From positions 5,369 through 69,368 of the forward strand of contig CAZTVS010000002.1 in the NCBI GenBank assembly GCA_964617125.1: 64,000 nt of DNA, in the 5' to 3' direction. Below, one piece after another: positions 30,348-39,439 of the stretch. Every line of letters begins with the position of its first letter. Position 1 is the stretch's first letter. The notes beneath the pieces are model-generated. The model saw nothing but the letters and a program-made list of their open reading frames with translations, was not told where the DNA came from and did no database searches. The translations under genes were made by a program, and so were the position numbers. Source of the DNA: an uncultured Acidobacteriota bacterium. GTDB lineage: Bacteria; Acidobacteriota; UBA6911; CAINFC01.

Positions 30348-31316
30348 TCATGGGGTTGCCGATCGTGGGGCCGATTTTTTTGGCGGCAGATTCCCCTCGA
30401 TACGGTGGAAAAATATCTCTTCCAGAGAGGGTCGTACCGGCTGAATGGCCAAAATTCGTGCCCCGGCACGTTCCATGGTTTCTATGATTCTCGTCAAACC
30501 GGCATCTCTGTGTACCAGAAAGCGCAGACGATCCCCGATATAATTGACCTCCTGCACCAGGTCGGCGATGGAAGGAAGATCTTCCCGACGAAATCCGCCC
30601 ACCACCACCTCCAGGATCTGGCTTTCGTGTTCCAGGGCTTCCTGCAGCTTTCCGCTTTCCAGCAGGACTCCTTTGTGGATGATGGCATAACGCTTGCACA
30701 GGGATTCCATGTCGGGAAGGATATGGGAGGAAAAAAAGATGGTCACTCCCTGTCGATTCAACTCCAATACCAGATCCCGAAGTTCCCGGCGGCCGATCGG
30801 ATCCAGGCCCGAAAAGGGTTCATCCAGAAACAGGATCCTGGGATGATTGATGATGGCCTGTGCCAGGCCGATACGCTGTAACATCCCTTTGGAGAATTTG
30901 CGTAGCTGGATTTTCCTGGCGGCAGACAGTCCGACGGTCTCCAGCGATTCCCGGACGCGAACACTCAGCTCTTTCCGTGGAACTCCGGCCAGCCGTCCCA
31001 GATAAAAAAGAAGTTCTTCCGCCGTCAGATAATCGTAAAAATAGGGTTGCTCCGGAAGGTAACCCACACGGGAGAAAATGGAGGGATGCCCGATAGACTG
31101 TCCAAAGATAAAGGCTTTCCCCGAACTGGGATGGATGATACGCATCAACAGCTTCAAGGTCGTGGTTTTTCCGGCACCGTTGGGTCCAAGAAAGCCGAAA
31201 ATTTCCCCTTCTTCCACCTGGAGGGTCAATCCTTCCAGGGCCTTGACTTTGCGCTGCTTCCAAAAGCCGGTCCGATAGACTTTGGCAAGATTTACCGTTT
31301 CGATCACTGGAGCCAT
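30348..31316 (-). CDS. ABC transporter ATP-binding protein (PilH/XapB-like)
   Basis: GPNGAGKTT, signature FSKGMLQR, and LDEPFSGLDP. ATG 31316 (MAPVIE) preferred. Confidence 0.93.
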   Translation of the reverse strand: MAPVIETVNLAKVYRTGFWKQRKVKALEGLTLQVEEGEIFGFLGPNGAGKTTTLKLLMRIIHPSSGKAFIFGQSIGHPSIFSRVGYLPEQPYFYDYLTAEELLFYLGRLAGVPRKELSVRVRESLETVGLSAARKIQLRKFSKGMLQRIGLAQAIINHPRILFLDEPFSGLDPIGRRELRDLVLELNRQGVTIFFSSHILPDMESLCKRYAIIHKGVLLESGKLQEALEHESQILEVVVGGFRREDLPSIADLVQEVNYIGDRLRFLVHRDAGLTRIIETMERAGARILAIQPVRPSLEEIFFHRIEGNLPPKKSAPRSATP

Positions 31317-31475
31317 ATGGAAAAATTCCTGGAGGTGAATTTTAACATGTCGCCTGCGGAAACCCAATTCCCGATCCATATTCCGAAGCCTCAGGCATAC
31401 CGAACGGTTTTGCTGTAAAATAATAGCGAGTACGCTGTTTATTGCAATTTCTTTCACCGATCATACAGGAGCAGC

Positions 31476-32339
31476 ATGATTGCGATCATTGGAATTATCA
31501 TCGTAATCGGCGCGGTCGCCGGAGGTTTTGGCCTGGCCAAAGGCAACTTCGCCGTACTTCTCCAACCCGCCGAATTCATCACCATCGTCGGTGCCGCAGT
31601 GGGTTCCGTACTGGTATCGACACCGGGCAACGTACTCTCACTGATGTCCAAGCAGCTGACGGCCGTCTTCACCGGGAAAACGGTCAGCAAAGAAAACTAC
31701 CTGGAACTGCTCAAAGTGCTGTTCGAGGTCTTCCAAGCCGGAAGGAAGGGCGGTTTGATGTCTCTGGAATCACACGCGGAGGAACCGGAGAAAAGCGAGA
31801 TCTTTAAAAAATATCCTCATTTTCTATCCAATCATCACGCCGTCTCCTTTTTGGCCGATTCCCTCAAGATCATGATCAGCGGCGGTTTGCCTCCCATGGA
31901 GCTGGAAGCCCTGATGGATGGCGACATTGAAGCCCATCACGAGGAGGTTTTAAAACCCTCCGCCGCCGTCAATAAAGTGGGGGATGCACTCCCCGGACTG
32001 GGAATCGTGGCCGCCGTTCTGGGAATCATCATCACCATGGGATCCATCGGCGGATCGGCAGCAGAAGTCGGCCACCATGTCGCAGCGGCCCTGGTAGGCA
32101 CTTTCCTGGGAGTTCTGCTGGCCTATGGTTTCGTCGGTCCCATCGCTTCCAACATGGAAAATGGAGCTCAGGGGGAGGGTCGATACATCATATGCATGAA
32201 GACCGCTTTGGTCGCCTACGCCAAAGGGGCTTCGCCGCTGATCGCCATCGAATTCGGGCGCCGCAGCATTCTGCAGGCCTTTCGTCCCACCTGGAACGAA
32301 ATGGAAACTTCGGTGAAGGGTAAGCCGGGTGGAGCCTGA
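31476..32339 (+). CDS. motA: Flagellar-type motor stator protein MotA
   Basis: QPAEFITIVGAAVG, RKGGLMSLESH, DALPGLGIVAAVLGII, GTFLGVLLAYG, and IEFGRR. RBS AGGAG. Confidence 0.93.
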   Translation: MIAIIGIIIVIGAVAGGFGLAKGNFAVLLQPAEFITIVGAAVGSVLVSTPGNVLSLMSKQLTAVFTGKTVSKENYLELLKVLFEVFQAGRKGGLMSLESHAEEPEKSEIFKKYPHFLSNHHAVSFLADSLKIMISGGLPPMELEALMDGDIEAHHEEVLKPSAAVNKVGDALPGLGIVAAVLGIIITMGSIGGSAAEVGHHVAAALVGTFLGVLLAYGFVGPIASNMENGAQGEGRYIICMKTALVAYAKGASPLIAIEFGRRSILQAFRPTWNEMETSVKGKPGGA

Positions 32340-32416
32340 TTCCGAACGGGATCTTGCTTACAGGCCATGGCTAGATTTTATACATTGACAGACCGGCGAT
32401 CAGGAAGAGCAGCCAT

Positions 32417-33337
32417 ATGAATCCCAACGTACAACAACCGATTCGTATCGTCAAAAAGGTCAAAGGGCATGGCGGACACCATGGCGGGGCCTGGAAGGTC
32501 GCCTACGCCGATTTCGTCACCGCCATGATGGCTCTTTTTATCGTTCTGTGGATTCTGGGGCAGAGCGACCAGATGAAACAGAGCATCTCTCGTTATTTCC
32601 AGAAGCCCGGGGTGTGGAAAGAAGGAGGATACGGCATACTTCCGGGTGAACGCACACAACCGCTGGAGCGGGAGGTGCCGATCGAAGCCCTTTCCAGCAG
32701 CGCCAAGGCCGAACGATACGCCCTGATTCAGAAACGCAAACTGGAAGAGCAGTTCCTGCAGGAGCGGGCCCAGAATCTGAGAAAAAAAATTGCTACAGCC
32801 CCCAAACTGAAGGACCTGGCAAATCAAATACGTATCCAAATGACCGGAGACGGCCTGCGCATCGATCTGCCGGACAAGCAGAACAATGAATTTTTCCAGG
32901 TAGGGAGCGCAGCCCCGAAGCAGGCGACCGTAGAACTTATCGGTATGATTGCCCGGGAACTGGCGGCACTTCCCAACCCGCTGGCCATCGAAGGACACTC
33001 CGACAGCCGTCCCTTTTCTCCCGGGGCCGCCTACGGTAATTGGGAACTGTCAGCCGATCGGGCCAATGCCGCCCGTCGCATTATGGAAAAGGCTGGATTT
33101 CCTCAGGAAAAAATCGAAGCGGTCAGGGGCTATGCCGATCGCCAATTGTTGATCCCCGATAATCCCATGGACACCCGTAATCGCCGGGTCAGCTTCCTGA
33201 TGCGTTACACCATCGCGGTCCCCGAAGAAAAAATGGAAGGGGAGAATACCGCCAAACCTGCTCAGGAAGGGGAAGCCAAACCGGGTCCGCCGCCCGAACA
33301 ACAAGAACCATCCCAAGCGGAAAAGCCCGAATCCTGA
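32417..33337 (+). CDS. motB: Stator protein MotB (OmpA-like peptidoglycan-binding domain)
   Basis: HHGGAWKVAYADFVTAMMALF with the conserved Asp, IEGHSD, NWELSADRANAARR, and NRRV. Confidence 0.95.
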   Translation: MNPNVQQPIRIVKKVKGHGGHHGGAWKVAYADFVTAMMALFIVLWILGQSDQMKQSISRYFQKPGVWKEGGYGILPGERTQPLEREVPIEALSSSAKAERYALIQKRKLEEQFLQERAQNLRKKIATAPKLKDLANQIRIQMTGDGLRIDLPDKQNNEFFQVGSAAPKQATVELIGMIARELAALPNPLAIEGHSDSRPFSPGAAYGNWELSADRANAARRIMEKAGFPQEKIEAVRGYADRQLLIPDNPMDTRNRRVSFLMRYTIAVPEEKMEGENTAKPAQEGEAKPGPPPEQQEPSQAEKPES

Positions 33338-33356
33338 AACACGAGTAGCTATCGAC

Positions 33357-34568
33357 ATGAACGAAACTGCCAAAGAACCCTACTATGTACTGGTGATGGA
33401 TGATGACGAGGTCATCGTCGAACTGGTAACCCGGCTGCTGGGACAATTTGAAAATTGCCACACGGTAACGGCCTATAGCATTCAGGAAGCGGAGAGTAAG
33501 CTCCATCAATGGAACTTCCAGCTGGCACTTCTCGACTGGAATCTGCCGGATGGAGAAGGTCTGGAAATCTGTCGCCGGCTGAAGACCATGAATCCGCTGA
33601 ATTCTCCCATGGTTGTTATGATCACCGGGTACAGCGATCTGGCCAGAAAAGTACATGCCCTGGAAGTGGGCGCGGACGATTTCCTCTCCAAACCGATCGA
33701 ATTTGCCGAATTCCGCGCCAAAATCCGATCTTATCTCCGAATCAAAGACCTACAGAACACGGTCAACGAAGAGCGGAAAAAATTGGAGGAAATCAATGCC
33801 GAGCTGGAGAGAGAGATCATCGAATTGACCCGCCTCCTTACCCAGATCATGGAACACCGTCTTCCGAACGTTTCCTCCCGGGTACACGTCATTGCCGAGA
33901 TTTCCCGCTGGATCGCCGAGCACCTCTCCTTGAGCTCCGAAGAGATCAGGGATGTGGAGATGGCCGGATTGTTGCACGAAGTGGGGAAATTGGCCCTTCC
34001 CGACCCCATCCTCAAGGATCCCACCGGCCAGGAGGAAGAAAGCCGCTTTGTCCAATACCGGCAGTATCCCACCCTGGGGGAATTGAGTCTTTCGCAGGTT
34101 ACCCGGTTGAAAAATACGGCATTGATTGTACGTCACCAGTTGGAAAATTTTGATGGTACAGGGATTCCGGATCACCTGCAGTGCACGGAAATACCTCTGG
34201 GATCCAGAATCTTGCGTGTAGCCGTCGATTATGTCAACCGTTGCTGTGACCGCGACCTTTCCGGAGCGGATGGTCTCGACGGGTTTTCCGGGACCCTCTA
34301 CGATCCGCAAGTTCTGCAGCAGCTCCACTTATATATCCAGATTCAAGGACTACTCCATCCGGAACAGATCTACCGTATCAGTCTGCTGCAAATACAACCG
34401 GGGATGGTTCTGGCTCAGGATGTGGTCACCATCAGCGGAATCAAACTGGTAGTGCAGAACACCCGGCTGGATGAGCGTATGATCCGGCACTTGCAATTTT
34501 TCCACGAAACGGATCCGATCGTCGACGGCAGTGTTTACGTATTGAACCCCGCCGCCGAAGCGAACTGA
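33357..34568 (+). CDS. Response regulator: REC + coiled coil + degenerate HD-GYP-like domain
   Basis: REC with MDDD, LLDWNLP, ITG and SKP intact. Output domain reads GLLHEVGK, RHQLENFDGTGIPD and IPLGSRILRVA. C-terminal PGMVLAQDV subdomain. Confidence 0.85.
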   Translation: MNETAKEPYYVLVMDDDEVIVELVTRLLGQFENCHTVTAYSIQEAESKLHQWNFQLALLDWNLPDGEGLEICRRLKTMNPLNSPMVVMITGYSDLARKVHALEVGADDFLSKPIEFAEFRAKIRSYLRIKDLQNTVNEERKKLEEINAELEREIIELTRLLTQIMEHRLPNVSSRVHVIAEISRWIAEHLSLSSEEIRDVEMAGLLHEVGKLALPDPILKDPTGQEEESRFVQYRQYPTLGELSLSQVTRLKNTALIVRHQLENFDGTGIPDHLQCTEIPLGSRILRVAVDYVNRCCDRDLSGADGLDGFSGTLYDPQVLQQLHLYIQIQGLLHPEQIYRISLLQIQPGMVLAQDVVTISGIKLVVQNTRLDERMIRHLQFFHETDPIVDGSVYVLNPAAEAN

Positions 34569-34670
34569 CAGGGATTTGCCTGAGAGTTCCGCCTGCAGCC
34601 GGCATCCCAGAGAAGATGGCTATCTGTATTTATGCTGTGCCCTACCGGGGTATGGCGGTCCCGGAAGATG

Positions 34671-35360
34671 CTACGGCGCAGGTTCTTCTGCCATGCCCGT
34701 AGGGAGAAGGATGTGGATGAAGGCACCCTTGTCCCAGTTGCCGGCCTCGATCGTCCCCTGGTGCTTTTCCACCACATCGCTGCAAATCATCAGACCCAAC
34801 CCGATCCGCTTATCGCTCTCCTGCTCCACATCGAAGGGAGAGAATGCCTTGTCCGGAAAGGAAAAACGTTGGCCGTCGTCTCTCAGCTCCAGAAAAACGG
34901 CATTTTCCCGTCGGCGGGATTGCAGCCAGATGTTACCGTCCTTCTTCCCGTCACGAATCACATGCAAGGAATTATCCAACAGCAGCGTAAGAACTTTCAG
35001 CAGCTTGTCCGAATCGACATAGGCGGACGGCTGGCAAGGATCCAGATCCAGATGAACGGTAATTCCCTCTATTTTTCCGTCCGCAATACGTTTCCCCAGG
35101 GCCTCGCGGACCAGGCCGTTGATGTCCGTTTTTTGCAGCAGCAGATTGTCGCGAATAGAAATCTGTATCAGACTGCTCAGGACCCTGCGACAGCGGTCCG
35201 CCTGATTGAGGATTTCCTCCACCAGGGCGATGGACACGGGAGTCCCTGATTCCATCTTCCGTTTCAGCAATTCGGCGCATCCGATCACCGCGGCCAGAGG
35301 ATTGTTCAGTTCGTGGGCGGTCCGGGAGATCAGAAAGCCGATGGGAATTTCTTTACTCAT
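34671..35360 (-). CDS. Sensorless histidine kinase-like protein (HisKA + HATPase_c only)
   Basis: H-box AHELNNPL at residue ~15, LLDNS, DDGQRF, FSPF and IGLGL. Own RBS (AAAGGA) after the stop of the upstream gene. Confidence 0.8.
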   Translation of the reverse strand: MSKEIPIGFLISRTAHELNNPLAAVIGCAELLKRKMESGTPVSIALVEEILNQADRCRRVLSSLIQISIRDNLLLQKTDINGLVREALGKRIADGKIEGITVHLDLDPCQPSAYVDSDKLLKVLTLLLDNSLHVIRDGKKDGNIWLQSRRRENAVFLELRDDGQRFSFPDKAFSPFDVEQESDKRIGLGLMICSDVVEKHQGTIEAGNWDKGAFIHILLPTGMAEEPAP

Positions 35361-35389
35361 TCCTTTTAGGTGTTGGGGAAGGTTGTCTA

Positions 35390-36439
35390 TCAGGGATAGG
35401 CAACCTGAGTCACGGAGAAGTCGAAGGTGCCGGAGGTCCCTTCATTGCCGCTCCCTACGGGATTTTCCACCTTCACCGCAGCCGTAGCAGGACTGGCAAC
35501 AAGGCTGGCCGGCAGGGAAACGGTGAGCACTTGAGGTATGGTGTCCAGACTTCTTGCCGTAACTGTCAGCTCGGTCGCATTCCAGTACACCTTGGAACCG
35601 GCGTGGAACCTCAGACCGGAAACGAAGAAGGAAGAGGCAGCCGAACCGGCTTTGATCGTCTGCGGATTCAGGGCAAAGAGGACCGGACCGAAAGCAGCGG
35701 GAGCCCTCAGATTGGACACGTTCAGGGTGCTGAAGACCGCCATGGCCGGCCGGTCATAGCGTAAGGCAGTGATGGCGAGGCTGCCTGATGTAAGGCGCAG
35801 CTCCAGACGCCCGGAAGGGGCATTGCTGATCAATTCAAAGGCAAACTTGGCCAGGTGCCCTTTGGGTGCAATGGCTGGAATGGGAACGCTTCCCAGAAGA
35901 ACTCCACCCGTACTATATAAGGAGACAGTCCCATTTGCGGCCGTCGTTTCCGGATTGGCTATGGCAAAACCGGTAAAGGACCCGTCTTCGTCCAGATAGA
36001 TGTCAGCCGCAGTCAGGGCTTCGCAGGCCGGAACACTCGCCTCTACCTGAAGGACACCACCCTGGAAATATTGAAAAATGGCGTTGCCGTTGATGTTGAC
36101 GGCAGGATTGGTCGACACTTGCGCCCAGCCTTGTATCGTCGCAGCGGGAGTTCCCGAGGTTTGTATCTTCAGGGAACCGCGGGCCGGCAGATTATAGGTA
36201 AAGGTATTGGCGGTTGTGCTCCCGATCGTGAGACTTAGAGGCTGACCGGAATCGCCATAAAATACAATCTGTACCGTGGTGGCCACACTCCCCGGATTGG
36301 TCAGCAAGAAAGTGGTTTTGTATCCTCCTCCATCTGCGATATGGGCGAAGTTCATCTTACCGGCAGCAAAGCCATTCATCGATATCAGAGCCAGGAAAAA
36401 CACCGGCAATAAAACCGGTTTCAGGATTTTCTTAAACAT
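35390..36439 (-). CDS. Secreted beta-sandwich protein with C-terminal IPT/TIG-like domain
   Basis: Signal peptide MFKKILKP...GFA; FAHIADGGGYKTTFLLTNP module, recalled from Acidobacteria secreted proteins; C-terminal LNPQTIKAGS...VSG.RF...VYWN...V.NP. Confidence 0.6.
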   Translation of the reverse strand: MFKKILKPVLLPVFFLALISMNGFAAGKMNFAHIADGGGYKTTFLLTNPGSVATTVQIVFYGDSGQPLSLTIGSTTANTFTYNLPARGSLKIQTSGTPAATIQGWAQVSTNPAVNINGNAIFQYFQGGVLQVEASVPACEALTAADIYLDEDGSFTGFAIANPETTAANGTVSLYSTGGVLLGSVPIPAIAPKGHLAKFAFELISNAPSGRLELRLTSGSLAITALRYDRPAMAVFSTLNVSNLRAPAAFGPVLFALNPQTIKAGSAASSFFVSGLRFHAGSKVYWNATELTVTARSLDTIPQVLTVSLPASLVASPATAAVKVENPVGSGNEGTSGTFDFSVTQVAYP

Positions 36440-36523
36440 AGACTGTAACTCCCGCAAAAGATTGAAGGACACTCAGGATTCCCAAATCGGAAAGATCTAA
36501 TGATACATTAAAATCCGAATAAG

Positions 36524-36568
36524 AAAAAAGCACCGGCCTACGAAATATTTCCGCAGGACCGGTGCTTT
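36524..36568 (-). terminator. Rho-independent terminator after the S8 protease
   Basis: Stem AAAGCACCGG / CCGGTGCTTT followed on the minus strand by TTTTTT. Confidence 0.65.
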
Positions 36569-36624
36569 GAGATCGATCTTCCCCTGCCGCAAACGCTTCC
36601 GTCCGGAGGGAGACGTCGTTACAG

Positions 36625-39012
36625 CTACCGCATGGTTCGCTTTACCGCAGCCTGGGTGGGCAGACTGCAACTGGCACAACCCAGATTGATGATCTGGCCG
36701 AACAGGTTATAGGCCCGCGTGTCCGAACAGATCATGGGTAAGGTTGTCCCGGAGGGAAGTCCGGTGGTGACCCGGAAGGTCAGATAAACCAGGATCCCGT
36801 CTCCGATGACACTCTGGTTCTGGCCCGAAACCAGGAAGCGCAGGCGTCCCGGATATTGCAGACCGACCCCTACCTCCTTGAAAGAACTGACGGCAGCCGG
36901 ACCCGTCGTTGCCCCGATGTAGGTCATCAACGCAGGATCATAGCTTAAATCGCCCTGGAGGGAAACTGGACCGGTCCCATAGACCACGGTAGTCAGACTG
37001 ACCGGAACCACGACGTCAGCACCAGGCGCAGCCCGAGGACAGCTGATGTTCAGCATCAGGTCGGATGCCGGTAAGGTGGTCGTCGTACTCGTCGGTACAT
37101 AGGCAGTGGTGGTCGTCAACCAGGAACTCGTGGTCGTCATCCAGGTAGAGGTTGTCGGCGTAGAGGTGGAAGGAGAGTAGGATACTCCCGTCACGACGGC
37201 AGAAGACAACAGGATGCGGCTGGTACCGCTGACATCATACAGATTGAAGGTGTAGTTGCCGACGGAAATCCAGGGGGCCGAGATCCCGAAATAGGTGGTT
37301 GTGAAAACACCGGTCACCGGGCTTTCCTGGAAATCCGGACTGCGCGACCATACCTGGACCAAACGGTTCCCCGGATTGTAAACCTGCAGCGAAACGCTGC
37401 AGACGGTTTGTCCTGCCGGTATTTCGCACCAGGAAGGTGTTGCCACGATATAGGGTGCACCGGGATTAGGATTCGTCGTGGTCGGGTAATACGATGTGGT
37501 AGTTGGGACCGTGGTGGTCACAACGGTAGTGATCGTAGTGCTGCCGGGAATTTCGTAGAGAAGCGAGCGCAAGGCGGCATCTACCTGAATCTGAGAGATG
37601 GTCAAGGAGCATTTGTCATCGGTCACCGGATATCCTGTCGTATCCAGAGTGGAGGCGATCTGATCGATGGTCGCCGTCGGACGCGCCGCCCTCAGGATGG
37701 CCCAGGCGCCGGCAACTTGCGGAGAGGCCATGGAAGTTCCCAGAAAATAACTGAAACCAACCCCGGGAACCGAGGAGAGAATCACTTCTCCCGGAGCCAT
37801 CAGAGAAGGGGTTGCTTTGCCGGAAGTCGACGTGGCACAGTTGGAATAATCGGAAACGGCATCCCGGGTGCTTCCCATGCTGCCGTCACCGGTGGAACCG
37901 ACGCTGATCACGTTGGACAGACAGGCAGGATCACTCAGGCCATCCTCGGATCCGTTGTTTCCGGCGGCGACGATCGTAGCCACACCGATTTCGCGTAACT
38001 TCTCCACAGCATCCTTGGTCGCCTGCGTATCGATATCCTGATTGTCGCAATAGGGTTGATACACGGCCGAGGAGCCGCCACTGAAGTTGACCGCAGCAAT
38101 TCTGAGGCCACTAGTCTGCTGCAAGGTATAGACCCGTTCGAGACCGGCTACCACATCGGAAGAATAGAAAAGGGCACAGGGAGCCTGACGGTCCCGGCAT
38201 ATGGCATCGCTGTTGAATTTGGATGCGGCCTGAATGGCGATGATGCTGGCATCCTTGGCAACGCCGGAGAAGGATCTCCCTTTTCCGGCGGCGATACCGG
38301 CCACATGGGTCCCATGTTCGCAATCCTGTATCGTTGTGCTGCAGTGCAGTCCGGCATCGGTACCGACGAAGGCCCCCACTCCACCGGGACAAAGACTGGT
38401 AGAGCTGTATGGAGCATACGTCGTCGAAAAACAGGCTTCCGAGACCACTTTTCCGCGCAGGAAAGGATGGTTTTTATCCACACCGGTATCGATGATGGCA
38501 ATTGTCTGTCCGGCTCCCGTCCCTCCCATGCTCCAGGCCTTGGAAACGCCGATTTGCGCAGCACTCTCGGAAAGACTGGGATAAAAAATCTTGTCCCTTC
38601 CGATCGCCGCCACCTGCTTGGAAGAAGCCAAAGCAGTCAATCCCGTGGCATCCACTTCCAGAGACATATAGGGGATGAACTGGAATTTCTTGACTTCTTT
38701 ATAGTTCTTTAAAGAATTCAGCACCGAGTCTTGAGCAACTGCAAGGGCGGTCTTGGGTGCATTGATGGCCTCAAGGGTTGCCTCGGTGCTGCGGGCAACG
38801 CTAGCCTTGAGAGCGACCATAACACGAACCGTCCCTTCCGCTTGGACTCTGGCCATCAGTTCCGGATACTCACTACGGCCCGGCATGAATGTCAGGTCTT
38901 CCTGATTCCCGGAAGCGGCCCAAAGGGGTAACGAGGAAACGAAAAGATAGACCAGGCAGAGCAACGCCGTCCATTTCGTTTTCCCCGCATTCTGGGAAAA
39001 ACTACCTTTCAT
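36625..39012 (-). CDS. Secreted S8 (subtilisin-like) serine peptidase with Thr-rich linkers, one copy of the ~88-aa repeat module and a C-terminal cohesin-like domain
   Basis: Intact triad IAIIDTG / HGTHVAG / GTSMASP; signal peptide and propeptide after ATG 39012; C-terminal PG..VVVPVSL...LQGDLSYDP...LRFLV...I.DG.LVYLTF. Confidence 0.9.
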   Translation of the reverse strand: MKGSFSQNAGKTKWTALLCLVYLFVSSLPLWAASGNQEDLTFMPGRSEYPELMARVQAEGTVRVMVALKASVARSTEATLEAINAPKTALAVAQDSVLNSLKNYKEVKKFQFIPYMSLEVDATGLTALASSKQVAAIGRDKIFYPSLSESAAQIGVSKAWSMGGTGAGQTIAIIDTGVDKNHPFLRGKVVSEACFSTTYAPYSSTSLCPGGVGAFVGTDAGLHCSTTIQDCEHGTHVAGIAAGKGRSFSGVAKDASIIAIQAASKFNSDAICRDRQAPCALFYSSDVVAGLERVYTLQQTSGLRIAAVNFSGGSSAVYQPYCDNQDIDTQATKDAVEKLREIGVATIVAAGNNGSEDGLSDPACLSNVISVGSTGDGSMGSTRDAVSDYSNCATSTSGKATPSLMAPGEVILSSVPGVGFSYFLGTSMASPQVAGAWAILRAARPTATIDQIASTLDTTGYPVTDDKCSLTISQIQVDAALRSLLYEIPGSTTITTVVTTTVPTTTSYYPTTTNPNPGAPYIVATPSWCEIPAGQTVCSVSLQVYNPGNRLVQVWSRSPDFQESPVTGVFTTTYFGISAPWISVGNYTFNLYDVSGTSRILLSSAVVTGVSYSPSTSTPTTSTWMTTTSSWLTTTTAYVPTSTTTTLPASDLMLNISCPRAAPGADVVVPVSLTTVVYGTGPVSLQGDLSYDPALMTYIGATTGPAAVSSFKEVGVGLQYPGRLRFLVSGQNQSVIGDGILVYLTFRVTTGLPSGTTLPMICSDTRAYNLFGQIINLGCASCSLPTQAAVKRTMR

Positions 39013-39439
39013 AACTTCCTTCCTTTCCATTCCATGAACACAAAATATTCGACATCCGGGGAGGATGTCCATATCGCTGGCCCAAACTTTCAGAAGCTTC
39101 CTTCCCTTGCTTCCTACGTCGACATCGTATTGGCCTCCAGCTAGAGCGCGGGGATTTCTCCCCTGATCCATGCATTTATATATTACACTACTAGATTGAC
39201 AATAACATACCATAAATAAATAATTTTTTACATATCCTTTTTTTATAGGTAACCCGTCACATTTTTTCAACCTTTTTTCTGCATTCAGGAGATCTTCACG
39301 ATCGTAGCCGGAAAAAAAATGGCGGTACCACCTCTGAAAGCCTCTCCCAGAGGGGAATACCGCCAGAAACCGGTGGTCCCGGATTCGGATACTATTTTAT
39401 TTCATGACGACCGGCACCCAGCGGGGGTCCGGTAAAAAC

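Noticed and set aside
31476-33337. motAB as Zorya ZorA/ZorB anti-phage system
   Set aside because: MotA is a canonical 287-aa flagellar-type protein without the long ZorA cytoplasmic tail, and no ZorC/D/E-like genes are adjacent.
34671-36439. Histidine kinase as a frameshifted C-terminus of the upstream secreted protein
   Set aside because: The upstream ORF ends with a complete IPT-like domain and stop, there is no TM segment to link the two, and the kinase has its own RBS and ATG.
39013-39439. c-di-GMP riboswitch in the long leader of the S8 protease
   Set aside because: The GGCAAACC...GAAA...GGGACGCAAAGC signature was not found on the coding strand.
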